Numbered from the stretch's first letter, positions 1 through 15,358 are shown. The stretch is DNA of 64,000 nt from Dictyostelium discoideum (GCA_000004695.1 CM000151.3:7808001-7872000); one strand, 5' to 3'. Numbers and translations: made by a program. The notes: generated by a model from the sequence alone, not told the origin.

Positions 1-1
1 C

Positions 2-472
2 CCAAGAGAAGTCCCACCAATTCAATGGTATCGTCGTTTACCATGTCAAATTTTAATCGCTGGTTTCTTACCATTTAGTGCCATTTACATAGAGTTGTTT
101 TACATTTTCAATAGCGTTTGGGGCCATTCTACCTACACGCTCTATGGTATCCTTTGTTTGGTCTTTTTAATTCTTATCAATGTCACCGTGTGTATCACCG
201 TTGCCCTAACTTACTTCCAACTCTCAATGGAAGATCATAAATGGTGGTGGAATAGTTTCATCAATGGCGGCTCCACTGTTGTTTTCATCTACATGTACAG
301 TATCTACTACTACTATTATATCTCTCATATGTATGGTTTACTTCAAGCAACTTTCTACTTTACCTACATGTTGATCGTTTGCTTCTTCTTCTTTATTCTT
401 TTAGGTACAGTTGGTTTCTACAGTTCTTTAATTTTTGTTAAAAGAATTTATAGAAATTTGAAATCTGACTAA
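2..472 (+). CDS. C-terminal part (5'-truncated by window edge) of a TM9SF/nonaspanin (Phg1-family) protein
   Basis: Frame 2 reads PREVPPIQWYRRLPCQILIAGFLPFSAIYIELFYIFNSVWGH... ending ...LGTVGFYSSLIFVKRIYRNLKSD*. This is the characteristic multi-TM C-terminus and terminal KxIYxxxKxD-like tail of TM9SF proteins. The ORF is open to position 2. Confidence 0.75.
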   Translation, partial: PREVPPIQWYRRLPCQILIAGFLPFSAIYIELFYIFNSVWGHSTYTLYGILCLVFLILINVTVCITVALTYFQLSMEDHKWWWNSFINGGSTVVFIYMYSIYYYYYISHMYGLLQATFYFTYMLIVCFFFFILLGTVGFYSSLIFVKRIYRNLKSD

Positions 473-699
473 AATCAAAAAAAAAAAAAAAAAACAAAAA
501 AATTAAAATAATAAATAAAAAAAAAAAAATTATATTAAAAATAATATCTTAACAATATTGGAAATGGTAAAAGCTTTAAAGTTATTGGAAAAAAAAAAAA
601 AAAAAAGGTAAAAAGTTTGAAGTTCTAATTTTTTAAATTTTTATTTCTTTTTTAAAAAAAGTTAAATTTTTTTTTTTTTTTTTTGATTTTGTTTTTGTT

Positions 700-2861
<2,162 letters not shown>

Positions 2862-3633
2862 TTGTTGATTGTATGAATTGTAATTATCCTAAAAAGTGAA
2901 ATAGTAAAAAAAAAAAACAAAATAAAAATAAAAAAAAAAAATCAAGAAATAATCAAAAAAAGAAAAAAAAAGAAAAAAAAAAAAAAATTTGTTATATCAA
3001 TTATGTTCATACAAATTATAAAATTAAAAATTATTTGTAAAAGTAAAAGTAAAAAAAAAAAAATGAGAAAAAAAAAAAGTCTAATAAGTATAATGTTCCA
3101 ATAATCCTATTTCGTCAATGTCCAATAATCTAAAAATTCTATAAATTTTTAAGTAAATAATTAATCTATACCATTTTTTTTTATGTCTTTTTTTTTTTTT
3201 TTTTTTTCTATCTATCTATATTTTCTTTTGTTTCTTTTCTAATTCTTTTTTTTTTTTTTTTTTATAATTTTTTAAAAATTTTGGTCAATATCTATTTTTC
3301 TTTTTCTTTTTTTTTGTTTCTTTTCAAATTCTATTTTTTTTTTTTATAATTTTTTAAATTTGGTAATACTTCTTCTCTCTTTTCTTTCCACTAATCTACC
3401 TAATAATTTATTTATCTATTTTATATAAATATATTATTATCTTTTCCTTTAATTTTTATTTTTTTTTTATTTTTTTTTTTCCTGGCCCGAAAAAAAAAAA
3501 ACAAACAAAATCAATTATATATATAATATTATAAATAACGGTTAGACACTCGTTGGTTAGGAAAAAATAAATAACAAAATATAAAAAATAAAAAATTTGA
3601 AAAATTAAAAAAAAAAAAAAAAAAAAAAAAATG

Positions 3634-3665
<32 letters not shown>

Positions 3666-4315
3666 AAAATAAAAATATTGGTAACTTTTTTTTTAAAACT
3701 GAAAAAAAGTTTATCAGATTTGAAGATTAAACTTTAAAACAATTATATAATTTTTAAAAATTAAAGTCCAAAAAAAAAAAAAAGAAAAAAAAAAAAAAAA
3801 AAAACTTTATTTGGTAATTGATGTGACAAACAATTTTTTTTTTTGGAATTGTTTTTTATTACCTTTTTATAAATTAATTTTTTAAGAATTAAAATAAAAA
3901 TATTTAATGGATAAATTAAAGTTGGATGAAGAATTAAATTTTTGTTGTTGATTTTCTTAATTTTTAATAAAACCATCATTACTATAACCTTAAAAATTTA
4001 ATTTAAATTTAAATCATTGTACAAACCTTAATATAATTTAGTTTTAATTTTTCCACTGCAAGACAAGATATAACACCATTTGATTAATCCTTCTGTTCTA
4101 CAATTAGTTAGGCCATATTGTTGTAATAAAGAAAAAAATAATTTTTAATCCTTACATAAAAAAAAATTAGTGAATTTATTGTTTGGAAAAAAAAAAAAAA
4201 AAATAAAAATAAAATAAGAAAAAAAAAAAAAAAGGTTATTACTACACATAAATGTTATTTTATTTTTTTGGTTTAATTTTATTTTAATGTTACTTTTTTT
4301 TTTTGTAGGATTTTG

Positions 4316-4352
<37 letters not shown>

Positions 4353-4656
4353 GGAAATCTATATAGATATTGTTTTTTTTTTTTTTTGGAATTTTTTTTT
4401 TAAATTATCTTTTTTCCATTTGGTGAAAATGTTGAAAAAAAGTATGACATCTTGGTTGGTGTTTTTGTTTTTTTTTTTTTTTTGGGGTTGTAATTGTTTA
4501 TAATATTATACAAGGACAATTAATTGTTGGAAAGATACTGGGGAAAACGACATAATTAATGGTTGTGTGAGAAGTTGCGTGTGTTGTTGATGTGAATTTT
4601 AAATGAGTGAGGTGAAATTTGATAGTATTGTTGATATTATTTTTGTTATTTTTATA

Positions 4657-4688
<32 letters not shown>

Positions 4689-4707
4689 GTTAATATTATT
4701 AAAAAAT

Positions 4708-6292
4708 TTAAGCCCAAATCTTGAGGAGAGAATCCCAACTACCTGTACATAAAGCCATACCATCGGTTGGTACACCAAGACAAGATACACGATTACCGTG
4801 ACCAGTTAAAGAGAGAACACGTTCACCCTTTAATGTATCCCAAACGTTGCAAGTGAAATCATCGTAACCAGCAAATAAGAAACGACCTGAAAATGAAAAA
4901 CCAACGGATGTAATACCACATAAAATGTTGTCGTGGGTGTATTGCATTAATTCACGATCGGCACGAATATCAAATAATCTACATGAAGCATCATCAGAAC
5001 CAGTACCAAATGATAAACCATTTGGGAAATATCTAAATTAATTTTGATGAAAAAAAAAAAAAAATAATAATAATGAAGATATTAGAAATCAAACTTGATT
5101 TAATTTTATCTATAAATAGTTTTGTTTTTACTTACTGAACTGCATTAATATCAGCTTCGTGACCAGTGAAAGTTTGAACACATTTACCACTACGTAAATC
5201 CCATAATTTGGCGGTAGCATCACAAGCACCACTGATGAAATAGTTTTTATCTGGTGAAACACTGACACTCATGACATCACCGTTGTGGTCAGAGAATTCT
5301 GTGATCTTTGTACCATTTTCAACATCCCATAAAATACATGTCATATCACCACTTGAAGTAACAATTTGTCTATCATTGAGGAATCTACAACATGAGAGAT
5401 AACCAGTGTGAGAGTTTAATTCACGGCATACTCTAATTGGTTGTTCTCTACTACGTAAATTATAAATGGAACAAATGTTATCCAAACCACCACAAGCAAC
5501 AAAGTTAGCAGTTGGTGAATAAGCACATGTCATAACCCATGATGATCTATAAATAATTAATAATAATAATAACAACAAAATAAAGTTAGTATCTTAATTA
5601 TAAAAAATAAATTAATCTTGATCGCCAACCATAAAAATTCCTTCGTAAAAAAAAAAATCCCAACCGACACGATTTTCTTTTTTGAAAAAAAAAAAAAACT
5701 TTTTTTTTTTTAGAAAATAAAAAAAAAAAAGTTCCACATAAAAAAAAAAAAAAAAATCTTTGGTATTTGCTGGTATTGAGAAAAGTAATGGAATTAATCA
5801 ATTGAGGTTTTTTTTTTTTCTTTTTGTTTCCTATTATTTCTTGATATTATTAATTATTTCTTGATATTATTAATATTTCTTTTTTTTTTTTCCTATTTGT
5901 TTGGTTTTGATTTTTCTTTTTTTTTTTTTTTTTTTTTTCTATTTGGTTGGTTTTTTAAAAAAAAAACAAAGGAATTTGAAGTGATTGATGATCTGTGCTA
6001 TAATTTTTTATTTCTTTTTAAAAAAAAAATCTTACCTTAATGGAATAGCGTGGACTTTGTTGGTAGTTAAACCATCCCAAACTAATAATTTACCATCTTG
6101 AGAGGCAGAAACTAAATGAACATTATCTTCAGCCCAATGCATAGCATAGATTTTAGCAAGATGACCCTTAAGGTTTCTTCTAACTTTAATTTTACCTTCC
6201 ATCTTTGGAAGACCTGGTAAATCACGAGTAAAAGTTTTGACTGAAATATGATAATAATAATTATTATAATAAATGTTAGTTTTTTTTCTTTT

Positions 6293-6340
<48 letters not shown>

Positions 6341-6477
6341 GAGTTTAACATTATTTATTTATTTAAATACATACGAGTAGTATCATTCATTACATCTCTG
6401 TTTGCTCTAATTTGTTCTTTCATTGATTCAGCATCTCTTCTTGCTTGTTGAATTTTTTCTGAAATATCTGATGACAT
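4708..6477 (-). CDS. gpbA: Heterotrimeric G protein beta subunit (WD40). Four exons at 6477..6375, 6240..6036, 5546..5136 and 5032..4708.
   Basis: Exon 1 reads [34 protein letters not shown](L). Exon 2 reads [67 protein letters not shown](R). Exon 3 reads [78 protein letters not shown]...EADINAV(Q). Exon 4 reads [107 protein letters not shown]. It is collinear with animal G-beta1 throughout. Donors are GTATGT, GTAAG and GTAAGT. Phases 1/2/2 are consistent. Total is 1041 nt, 347 codons, the length I recall for Dictyostelium G-beta. Confidence 0.9.
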
Positions 6478-6687
6478 TTTTTATATATTTTTTTTTTAAA
6501 TCTATTTATATATTATAGTTGTTTAGCTAAAGTTGATATTAAATAATAAAAAGTAATTTTGATTAGAACTTATAAGTTTATAAATATAAATGTTTTTTGA
6601 AAAAAAAAAAAAAAAATAAAAAAAAAATTAAATAAAAAAAAAAAATAAAAAAAAAAAATAAAAATAAATGAAAAAAAAAAATTTTAG

Positions 6688-6718
<31 letters not shown>

Positions 6719-6727
6719 GAGAGAGAG

Positions 6728-6760
<33 letters not shown>

Positions 6761-7284
6761 ACTTACTAAAATTACAGGTGATTTAATTGATTGATTGATT
6801 TGAAAAAAAAAAAAAAAAAGAAAGAGAAATAAAAAAAAAAAATTATATAGTACAACTATTCTCTTTTTGTGTGGTTGATTTGGTAAAATGAAAAAAATAT
6901 GGGGAAAAAAAAAAAAAATAAGTTAAAAAATTTTGAAAAAAATAAAAAAAAAAAAAAATAAAAAAAAAAAAAAAAAAATAAAAAAGTTAAAAAATAAAAA
7001 TAATAAAAAAAAAAAAAAAAAAAGTTGGGTGTGTGTTTGTTTAAAATTGAGTGTGGGTTGAATTGAATCAAGATATAATTAGGGGGCTATTATTATATTT
7101 TTTTTATTAAAAATTTTTTTATTAAAATTTTTTTTTAAAATAAAAATAACACTAAAAATAAAACTAAAAAAAAAAAAATAAAGTTTTTTTTTACAATCGT
7201 GTTATATGTTTAATAAGTGAATTAAAGTTGTAATAATAAAAAAAATAAAATAAAACTATTTTTATTTTTTTTTTAATTTTTTTT

Positions 7285-7332
<48 letters not shown>

Positions 7333-7611
7333 GATAAAAATATATAAATAAAAAACATGAGAAAAAGAAAAAAATAAAAAATAACGGTTCTATTTTTGAA
7401 TGTGTGAAGCAGAACTCACTTTTTATTAATTTTAAAATTCGGTTATTATTATTTTTATTATTATTATTTTATTATTCTAAATAATTATATATACTAGTAA
7501 TAATTTAATAATTTGTGTGATAATATTTATATATAAATACAATGTTATGGTGTGCTTTTGGGTGGGAAATAATTTGAAAAAAAAGAAAAAAAAAAAAAAA
7601 AAAAAAAAATC

Positions 7612-7643
<32 letters not shown>

Positions 7644-8428
7644 TTTTGTGCAGGAAATTTTTTGAAAAAAAAAAAAAAAAAAAAAAAAAAAATAAAAAAC
7701 CGTTTTTTGATTGTCATATAAATTTGGAAACTTGGAAAGAGAAATTCTATTTTTTTTTTTTTTTTTAGATTTTTTCCATTTTTTCAAATGTTTTTCTTTG
7801 TTTAAAAATATTTTTTAAGATTTTTTTTTTTTTTTTTTTTTATATTAGATAATTAAAAATAAAAATAATAATATAAACATTGATTAAATAAATTTTCATT
7901 ATTTTTTATTTTTTATATTATTTTTTTTTCCAACCACATGTTAATATAAATAGCAACAACCGCAAATTTACGATTTTTAGATTTTTTTTTTTTTTTTCAA
8001 TTTTTATTATTTTTTTTTTTAATTTTTTTTTTTACAGATCAATTAGCTTGATTTTAAATAAAGATTTGCTTCAGGTTTTTTAACCATGCGACTGATCATT
8101 TGCAAAAAATTCTAAAGACGAAAAAATAATAATAAAAAACAATTATAAATAAAAAGGTATAAGTTTCAAATTTAAATCCAATTTCCAATTTTTTATTTGC
8201 TGATTTAAAATCTTAAAAAAAAAAAAAAAAAAAAATACCTAAAATAAAATATAAAATAAAAAATAAAAAATAAAAAACTATTTTAATTAATATTGCCAAC
8301 CATTTTTAATTATTTATTTATTTTTTTTAATTTTTTTTAATTTTTTTTAATTTTTTTTTTAATTTTTTTTATTATTTTTAAATTTTTTTTTTATTTTATT
8401 TTATTTTATTTTTTTATTTTTTTTTTTA

Positions 8429-9535
8429 ATGTTTAAAATAAAACAAACATTGAAATTTATTCCCAATTTCAATAAGAACATAAAAATGACAACACCAATT
8501 GTAACAAGAAATAGATCATCTATTATTTCATCACCTTATTTTTCGACATCAACAAAACTGACAACAGTAACAACTACAATAAAAGATAAAAATGATGAAA
8601 CACCAAAAAAAATAATAAAAAGAGAACAAATTAAAATAGAATATGAAGAAAAAGAAGAGGAACTAGAAGAAAAAGGAGATAAAAAAAGACAAAGAAATAA
8701 AAAAGAGAAAAAAATAAAAAATGATATCAAAAAGGAAGAAGAAGAAGAAAAAGAGGAAGAAGAAGAAGAAAAAGTAATTGAAGATATTAAAATTAAAACA
8801 CATATTAATGGTATATCATTAGCAAAAATTCATTGGAAAGAAGTTTGGGATAAAATTAAAATAATGAGAAGTGAAAATTTGGCACCAGTTGATACATTGG
8901 GAGCGGAATCATTTAATCAAGATAATATTGAACCAATTGAAAAGAGATTTCATATATTAGTTGGCTGTTTATTATCATCACAAACCAAGGATGCGATTAC
9001 CCATGCAGCAGTAGTAAGATTAAAAGAGTATGGATTAACAGTTGATAAAATGTTAACAATTGATACCAATGAATTGGAGACACTATTATATCCGGTTGGA
9101 TTCTATAAAAGAAAAGCGATTTACCTTAAAAAGATTGCAGAGATTTTAAAGAATAAATACAATGGTGATATACCACCAACATTCAAAGAGATTGAACAAT
9201 TACCAGGTATTGGACCAAAAATGACCAATTTAATAGTTCAAATAGCTTGGGGTAGAGTTGAAGGTATAGCCGTTGATGTTCATATGCATAGAATTTCAAA
9301 TAGATTAGGTTGGGTCAAAACTAAAACTCCTGAAGAGACAATGAAGGACTTGGAATCTTGGTTACCAAAAGAAAATTGGGCTACTGTCAATCATCTATTA
9401 GTTGGTTTCGGTCAAACTATTTGTTCACCTGTAAATCCAAAATGTTCAAATTGTTTAGTAAATAATTTATGTCCTGTTGGAATAATTGAAATGAATTCTT
9501 CAAAAAAGAAAATAAAAAAGAAAATAAAAAAGTAA
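8429..9535 (+). CDS. Endonuclease III (Nth-type DNA glycosylase/AP lyase) homolog. It has an HhH-GPD domain plus a C-terminal 4Fe-4S cluster loop, with a basic/acidic N-terminal extension.
   Basis: Single ORF of 368 aa. It contains ...ILVGCLLSSQTKDAITHAAVVRL..., the helix-hairpin-helix LPGIGPKMTNL, the catalytic region VDVHMHRISNRLGW and the Cys ladder C-x6-C-x2-C-x5-C (CSPVNPKCSNCLVNNLC). Confidence 0.85.
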   Translation: MFKIKQTLKFIPNFNKNIKMTTPIVTRNRSSIISSPYFSTSTKLTTVTTTIKDKNDETPKKIIKREQIKIEYEEKEEELEEKGDKKRQRNKKEKKIKNDIKKEEEEEKEEEEEEKVIEDIKIKTHINGISLAKIHWKEVWDKIKIMRSENLAPVDTLGAESFNQDNIEPIEKRFHILVGCLLSSQTKDAITHAAVVRLKEYGLTVDKMLTIDTNELETLLYPVGFYKRKAIYLKKIAEILKNKYNGDIPPTFKEIEQLPGIGPKMTNLIVQIAWGRVEGIAVDVHMHRISNRLGWVKTKTPEETMKDLESWLPKENWATVNHLLVGFGQTICSPVNPKCSNCLVNNLCPVGIIEMNSSKKKIKKKIKK

Positions 9536-9717
9536 ATTTAATAAAAGAAGAAAAAAGTAAAAAAAAGAAAATAATGTTTTAATTTGATGTTTTTAAAAAA
9601 TTATAATTTATTTATAAAGGTTCAAAGAAAAAAAAAAAAAAAAAAAAAGGTTTTTTTGATTTTCTATTTTTTTTTTTTTTTTTTTTTTTTGTTGAGATTC
9701 TTGGGTTCTTGAATATA

Positions 9718-9754
<37 letters not shown>

Positions 9755-9926
9755 CTTTTTTTTTTTTTTTATTATTATTATTATTAATTTAAATTTTTAC
9801 AAAGGATTTAAAGATATAATTTGATTTAGATGAACAAAAAATTCTTGGTTTTGAGGAAAAATCATTAAAGAAATTGAAATGAAAAAATTCCGATCTCGAA
9901 ATGATTGAAAAGTGATAGTTTGTTGG

Positions 9927-10775
9927 CTAAAAATAAGTTGAGACAGCAGTTGATCTTGCTCCATAAGTAAGATCTCTTAAATTACCAAATGGATAGATAT
10001 CACTGCCTTGTTGAGTGTTGATATTTCTGTTGTTGTTTTGAATTGAATTTAATAATAAATCAACGATATTTGAGTGATTATTTGATTTCGCTTCAGCTAA
10101 TGGGCTAACACCACTTTCATCTAAAAGTTGACAGTCAGCGCCATAGGATAAAAGTAATTTTGAGGATTCAAAATCACCAAGACAGGCTGATAAATGTAAG
10201 AGAGATTCACCATCTTCATTGAAAGAGTTGGCATTGGCACCTTTTGACAAGAGGTAACTGAGGATTTGAGGTTGGCATTCACGAATGGCATAATGGGAGG
10301 GTGAGTCACCCTCTTCATCTTGAGAGTTTAAGTTTGCACCATTCTGGACTAAAAGTTGAACCAAATCCATTGAACCAATAGAAACTGCTTTGTGGAGTGG
10401 TGTCGATTCTGTTAAATCGCCTAAATTCAAATTAGCACCTTTGAAAATTAAATATTTAACGTATGGAATGTTTTGTTTTAGGATTGCCAATTGTAATAGT
10501 GTTACACCTTCTTGATTTTGTGTGTTTATGGATATGCCTTGATTCAATATATTATCTATGGATTGATAATCTTGTAAAAGGAAGAATTGAATGATGATAT
10601 CCATAATCTTGAAAGATTCTACTACAAAACTCTTACCACTTCCACTTCCACTAACAACTCCATCCATTGGAGTTGAAAGTGTAGTTCCATTGTGTTGTTG
10701 TTGTTGTTCTGCTACTACTACGCTTGGTGGTTTGTTATTACTTAATGAATTATTATTGTTGGCTGAGGAAAACAT
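9927..10775 (-). CDS. Ankyrin-repeat protein (at least 5 ANK repeats), 282 aa
   Basis: Repeated ANK consensus: TPLHKAVSIGSMDLVQLLVQNGANLNSQDEEGDSPSHYAIRECQPQILSYLLSKGANANSFNEDGESLLHLSACLGDFESSKLLLSYGADCQLLDESGVSPLAEA. ATG is at 10775. A single exon as far as I can see. Confidence 0.7.
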   Translation of the reverse strand: MFSSANNNNSLSNNKPPSVVVAEQQQQHNGTTLSTPMDGVVSGSGSGKSFVVESFKIMDIIIQFFLLQDYQSIDNILNQGISINTQNQEGVTLLQLAILKQNIPYVKYLIFKGANLNLGDLTESTPLHKAVSIGSMDLVQLLVQNGANLNSQDEEGDSPSHYAIRECQPQILSYLLSKGANANSFNEDGESLLHLSACLGDFESSKLLLSYGADCQLLDESGVSPLAEAKSNNHSNIVDLLLNSIQNNNRNINTQQGSDIYPFGNLRDLTYGARSTAVSTYF

Positions 10776-12428
10776 TCTGTTGTATTGAGTGATTAGGGTG
10801 GGTATATTACTACTTGAAATTTAAATGAGACAAATGAAAAAATTAAATGTTAGGTTATTGGCTTGAAAAAATTGATATCCGTTCTAAAAAGGTGATGTGT
10901 GACTATTGATTTAATTTGTGAAAGTTTTAAACTACTTGTAGAGCTTTAACTAAATTTACTAAAAAAAATAATAATAATAGACCAATTGTACTAAATTATT
11001 ATTATTTCTTAATTACTAAATTTAAATTAAAACCTAAAAGCCAACTTTTTTTTTTTTTTAAAAAAAGTTTTTTTTTTAATAATATAGGTTTTTAATGATT
11101 AATGATAAAAAGAAAATTTCTTATTGTTTTTTTTTTGTTTTTGGTTTTTTATATAATTTGAAAATTTTTTTATAGGACTTTCAAATAATATATATATAAA
11201 GAGAGGGAGATTTTAATTTAATATTGTGTGGGGAAAATAAGGATATTATAATTGTAGTTGATTAAAAATGTTAAAAAATGAATTATTTTGTTTTGTTTTG
11301 TTTTGTTTTTATAAAAAAGAATTTGAAAATTAATGTTTATGTAGAGTTATTTGTTAATGTTATGGTGGAAAATTTTTTTTTTTTTTAATATCTTGTGCGT
11401 TGGGAAATAAAAAAAATAAAAAATAAAAAAAAAAATTGTTCTAAAAAATTAAAAAATGAAAAAATGAAAAACGAAAAGTTGAGAAAGTTTTATGAAAAAT
11501 ATAAAGTTTTAATATATTATTATAATTATTGTTATTATTGTTGTTATTGAAAGGTTATTTTTTTTATTTGCTTTTATTTAATGGTAATGTTTATTTATTA
11601 TTTTTTTTTTTATTTATATAGTTTTTTTTTTTTTTTTTTTTTTCTTAATGTTTGTTTGTGTGTGTGTGTTTTTTTTTTTAAAAAAAGTTTTTTTTTTTTT
11701 TTTCTTTTTTAAAATTTTAAATTTTTTTTTTTTTATTTTTTTTTATTTTTTTTTTTTTTTGGTTTTTTCTCATATTTTGAAATTTGCCAGGCAATTCTTT
11801 TCAACAAATGTAATTAATTTTTTTTGTAATAACACAAGAAAACTGTTAAAGAACCAAAATTTTTTTTTGAGAATTGTTTTTTTTTTTTTTTTTTTTTAAA
11901 ATTTAATAATCGTAGTTTTATAAATAATTCCTTTTTTAATATTTTAACTTTTTTTTTACTTTTTTGAGATTTTATTATTTATTTATTATTTTTTTTTTTA
12001 TTTTTTTTTTTTTTATTTTATTTTTATTTTTTTTTTATTTTTTTTTACTATTTTTATTTTTTATTTGATCGTTTATTTATTTATTTATTATTATTTGGAT
12101 TTATTTTTTTTATTTTTTTTTTATTCATTCAATTTCCAAAAACATATGTTTATAATTAAAAAATAAAAAGAAAAAAAAGATTTTGAATAGTTTATTTTTA
12201 TTTAAAAAAAAAATTTTAAACTTTTTTTTTTTTTTTTTTCCTTTTTTGGAAAGTTTCCAAAAACAAAGATATTTACCTATGGGTCTTTTTTTTTCAAATG
12301 AGAATAAAATATAAATAATATTTAAAATTATTATTACTATTGAAATATATATAAAAGTTTTTTTTTATATACAATAATGATAGATAATTGTTATTTTTTT
12401 TTTCTTAACTTTTTTTTTTTTTTTTTTA

Positions 12429-12460
<32 letters not shown>

Positions 12461-13348
12461 AAAATTGTGGTAAGGAAAGTAGGTTGGATGGTGAAAAAAA
12501 TGGGAAAAGAAAAAGCTTCCCATTATACTTTGCCTAATTTTTTTTTTTTTTTACAGGATCCTACAATAATTATATTATATACTTTTTAAAATAACTTGGG
12601 AAAATTTTAAAAATAATTAGGTTATTTCTTTCTTTTTTTGTTTTTTTTTATTTTAATTTAATATAATTTTATTTAATTTAATTTAATTTTATTTTATTTA
12701 ATTTAATTTTATTTTATTTTATTTTTTTTTTATTTTATTTTTAATTTATTTTATTGGTTTTTTTTTTTTTTTAATTTTAATTTAAAAATCCAGATTTTAT
12801 TATGAAAAATGATATGGATCAAATTTTATAAGAATTAATTGACATTCAAATATTTGAATGGTATTAAAATTTGAAATAATTGGACTTTGGAAGAATTAAA
12901 AATTTCTGTTGCAAATCCCTTTAAAACTTGGAAATCAAAAAAAATAGAAAAAATCAAGAATTGATAATTAACAATTTAGATTTTTAAAAAATTTAAAAAA
13001 AAAAAAAAAATAAATTTAAATAAAATAAAATAAATTAATTATTAAACTATTATTGCTATTATTTTATTATTTTAAAATTAATAGTTTAAATATTTAAATG
13101 TGTAAAATTATTTTTATATAAACAATGATGTGTTAAATTTTATTTAATTTCTTTAAATAAAAAAATAAAATGGAAAATAATATATAAAAATAAAAAATTT
13201 AAAGAGAAAAAAAAAAAAAAAAGCCAATAAATGAAATAATAAATTTAGTTTGGAAAAAGAAATACAATTTTATTATTGATGGAAAAAAAAAAAAAAAGAA
13301 AAAAAATTAAAAAAGGATTATAGGTTTTATAAGGAAAAAAAAAAAAAA

Positions 13349-13509
13349 TTATTTGGATGGTTGGGTTTGTTGTTTGTGTTGTTGATTATCATTGTTGTTA
13401 TAATTTCTTCTGTTATTTTGGTTTTTATATCTATTAGTAGCATTATTGTCACCAATATTATTTTCGGGACTGGTATTATTATTATTACTATTATTCCTAT
13501 TATTACTAC

Positions 13510-13580
<71 letters not shown>

Positions 13581-14347
13581 CTATAGTTATTATTTCTATT
13601 GTTATAGTTTCTATGGGTTGATTTTATTTGTAAAGGTTCATTTTGTGAGGTTTGATTTTCAGTTTGTTGTTGTTGTTGTTGTAATTGTTGTTGTTGTAGT
13701 TCTAGTTGTTGTTGTTCAGCAGTTGAAATAATCTCTGTCCAATTTTGTGGTTTGCCCCAGACTGGTGGTTGGACAACAATGGGTTTTTCTTCAACTTCAG
13801 GGTTATCACCAGAAGTGTTGGTTGTGGTTGTTGTTGATGTAGTTGATGTTGTGGTAGTAGTTTGATTTGAAGCTTCAAACATTTCCAATTTATTTTGTTT
13901 TGGATGATTTGATGGAGGTAATGTCTATTTTTATCCAATTTTTGAATGTAAGTAAGAATAAAAAAAAAAAAAAAAAAACAAAATAAAAAAAAAAAATAAA
14001 ATAAAAAACTTACAGGAAAGTGTTTTTCGAGACCAATTAATCTCTGTTCTTCAAGTTCTTGTAATTCAATTTGTCTGAAAATCTCTTTTAATTCTTCATC
14101 AACTTCCTCTGGTTGTTGTTGTTCTTGTTGTTGTTCTTGTTGTTGTTGATCAACCAATTCATTTGTTGGAGAGGATGATGTTGATAATTGTCTCTCTGAT
14201 GCTGAAGATTCTATAGATTCATTTGAGTCTGTAGATAATAATAAATAATTTTTACCTCTTTTATCATTATTATTACTATTATTGTTATTATTATTAATAT
14301 TATTATTATTATTATTATTATTGTTATTCCTTCTTTTTCCACTTTGA

Positions 14348-14405
<58 letters not shown>

Positions 14406-15358
14406 CAATATTGTTAGTATCACTACTTGTTTTAACATTTCTATTCCTATTATTGTAATTATTGGTTTGTTTCTTTTTATTTTTATTTATTTCATATTCT
14501 GTTTATAAAATAAATATTAGTATTTTAAAAATACAATTATAGGTAATAATAATGATAATAATAATAATTGATTTAAGTATACAAACCATCTAAAATATTA
14601 ACAGATTGAGTTTTTAATAATTTTTCAACAATTTTTGAATCTCTAATTTGTTTTATTTTATCATCAGCTTCCCAAACTTTTAGAGGTATATTTGAGTATG
14701 GTATACCTAATAATGGATATTGTTTATCGATTGCTTTGTAAAGGATTTCATAAACTAATGACTGAAAATTGGTATACAATTGTAAACTCTTTGAATCAAT
14801 GACTAAATCATAATGTTCACCATGACAATATGCTAATTGAATATCTTTTTTAAATCCATTATTAACATTTGTTGTACCATTACCTATATAAATTATAAAA
14901 TTTACTCTGTAATAATTATTAAATAATTATTTTTTAATATATACATATATTTATACAAATTGATCATATGATATTAACTTACTCATAAATTAAAGAAATT
15001 GCTTGTAATTCAACTTCACCACCCCATGTACCATCTTTTTTCATTTCAAGAATATACTTTTCCCATGGATTATGAATACAAGCAAATGGTTCAAATAAAT
15101 CTCTATTCAATTCTAAATATTTTATACATTGATTTCTAACTCTAGAATGATAGTTCTGAGTTCCAAATATTGATTCACTAACACATCTAAACTATAGGAA
15201 TTAATTATTATATGTTAATAATCGAAATAAATAATAAAATTTTTATTTTTTTCTATAATTATTATTGTACTCACTAAACAAGAACCATCCTTTGGTATCT
15301 CTTTTCTAGAGAGATTTAATAAACTTAATTGTTGATCTATCTTTTCTAAAGAGCTCAT
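13349..15358 (-). CDS. OTU-domain cysteine protease (deubiquitinase-like) with a long Gln/Asn-rich C-terminal tail. Five exons at 15358..15275, 15191..14983, 14906..14587, 14498..14014 and 13924..13349.
   Basis: Exon 1 reads MSSLEKIDQQLSLLNLSRKEIPKDGSCL on a GTGAGT donor. Exon 2 reads FRCVSESIFGTQNYHSRVRNQCIKYLELNRDLFEPFACIHNPWEKYILEMKKDGTWGGEVELQAISLIYE. This is the OTU Cys box DGSCLFRC. Exon 3 reads VNFIIYIGNGTTNVNNGFKKDIQLAYCHGEHYDLVIDS..., the OTU His box HGEHYD. Unspliced, exon 3 would end GLYT*. A 88-nt AT-rich intron (GTTTGT...aaacag, 14586..14499) joins it in frame to the downstream poly-N/Q reading frame. That frame has an in-frame stop just before the acceptor and no ATG for more than 500 nt, which argues for the spliced model. 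The exon 4 donor is GTAAGT at 14013 and the acceptor ...aaaaatag is at 13925. The protein is 557 aa. Confidence 0.6.

Noticed and set aside
8536-8730. Minus-strand 64-aa ORF inside the nth gene
   Set aside because: It is antisense to the Lys/Glu-rich N-terminal extension of endonuclease III and has no independent support.
13702-14157. ORF-track start codons shown as M for 13702..14157 and 19595..22570
   Set aside because: The underlying codons are TTG, not ATG. Both are internal parts of longer spliced genes, and I placed starts only at ATG codons.
14573-14779. Ending the OTU protein at …LDGLYT* (14573)
   Set aside because: The downstream 500+ nt reading frame has no ATG and an in-frame stop just before a good acceptor, and a GTTTGT…aaacag intron joins the two in frame. 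The same unusual donor is used in the well-conserved seh1 gene.
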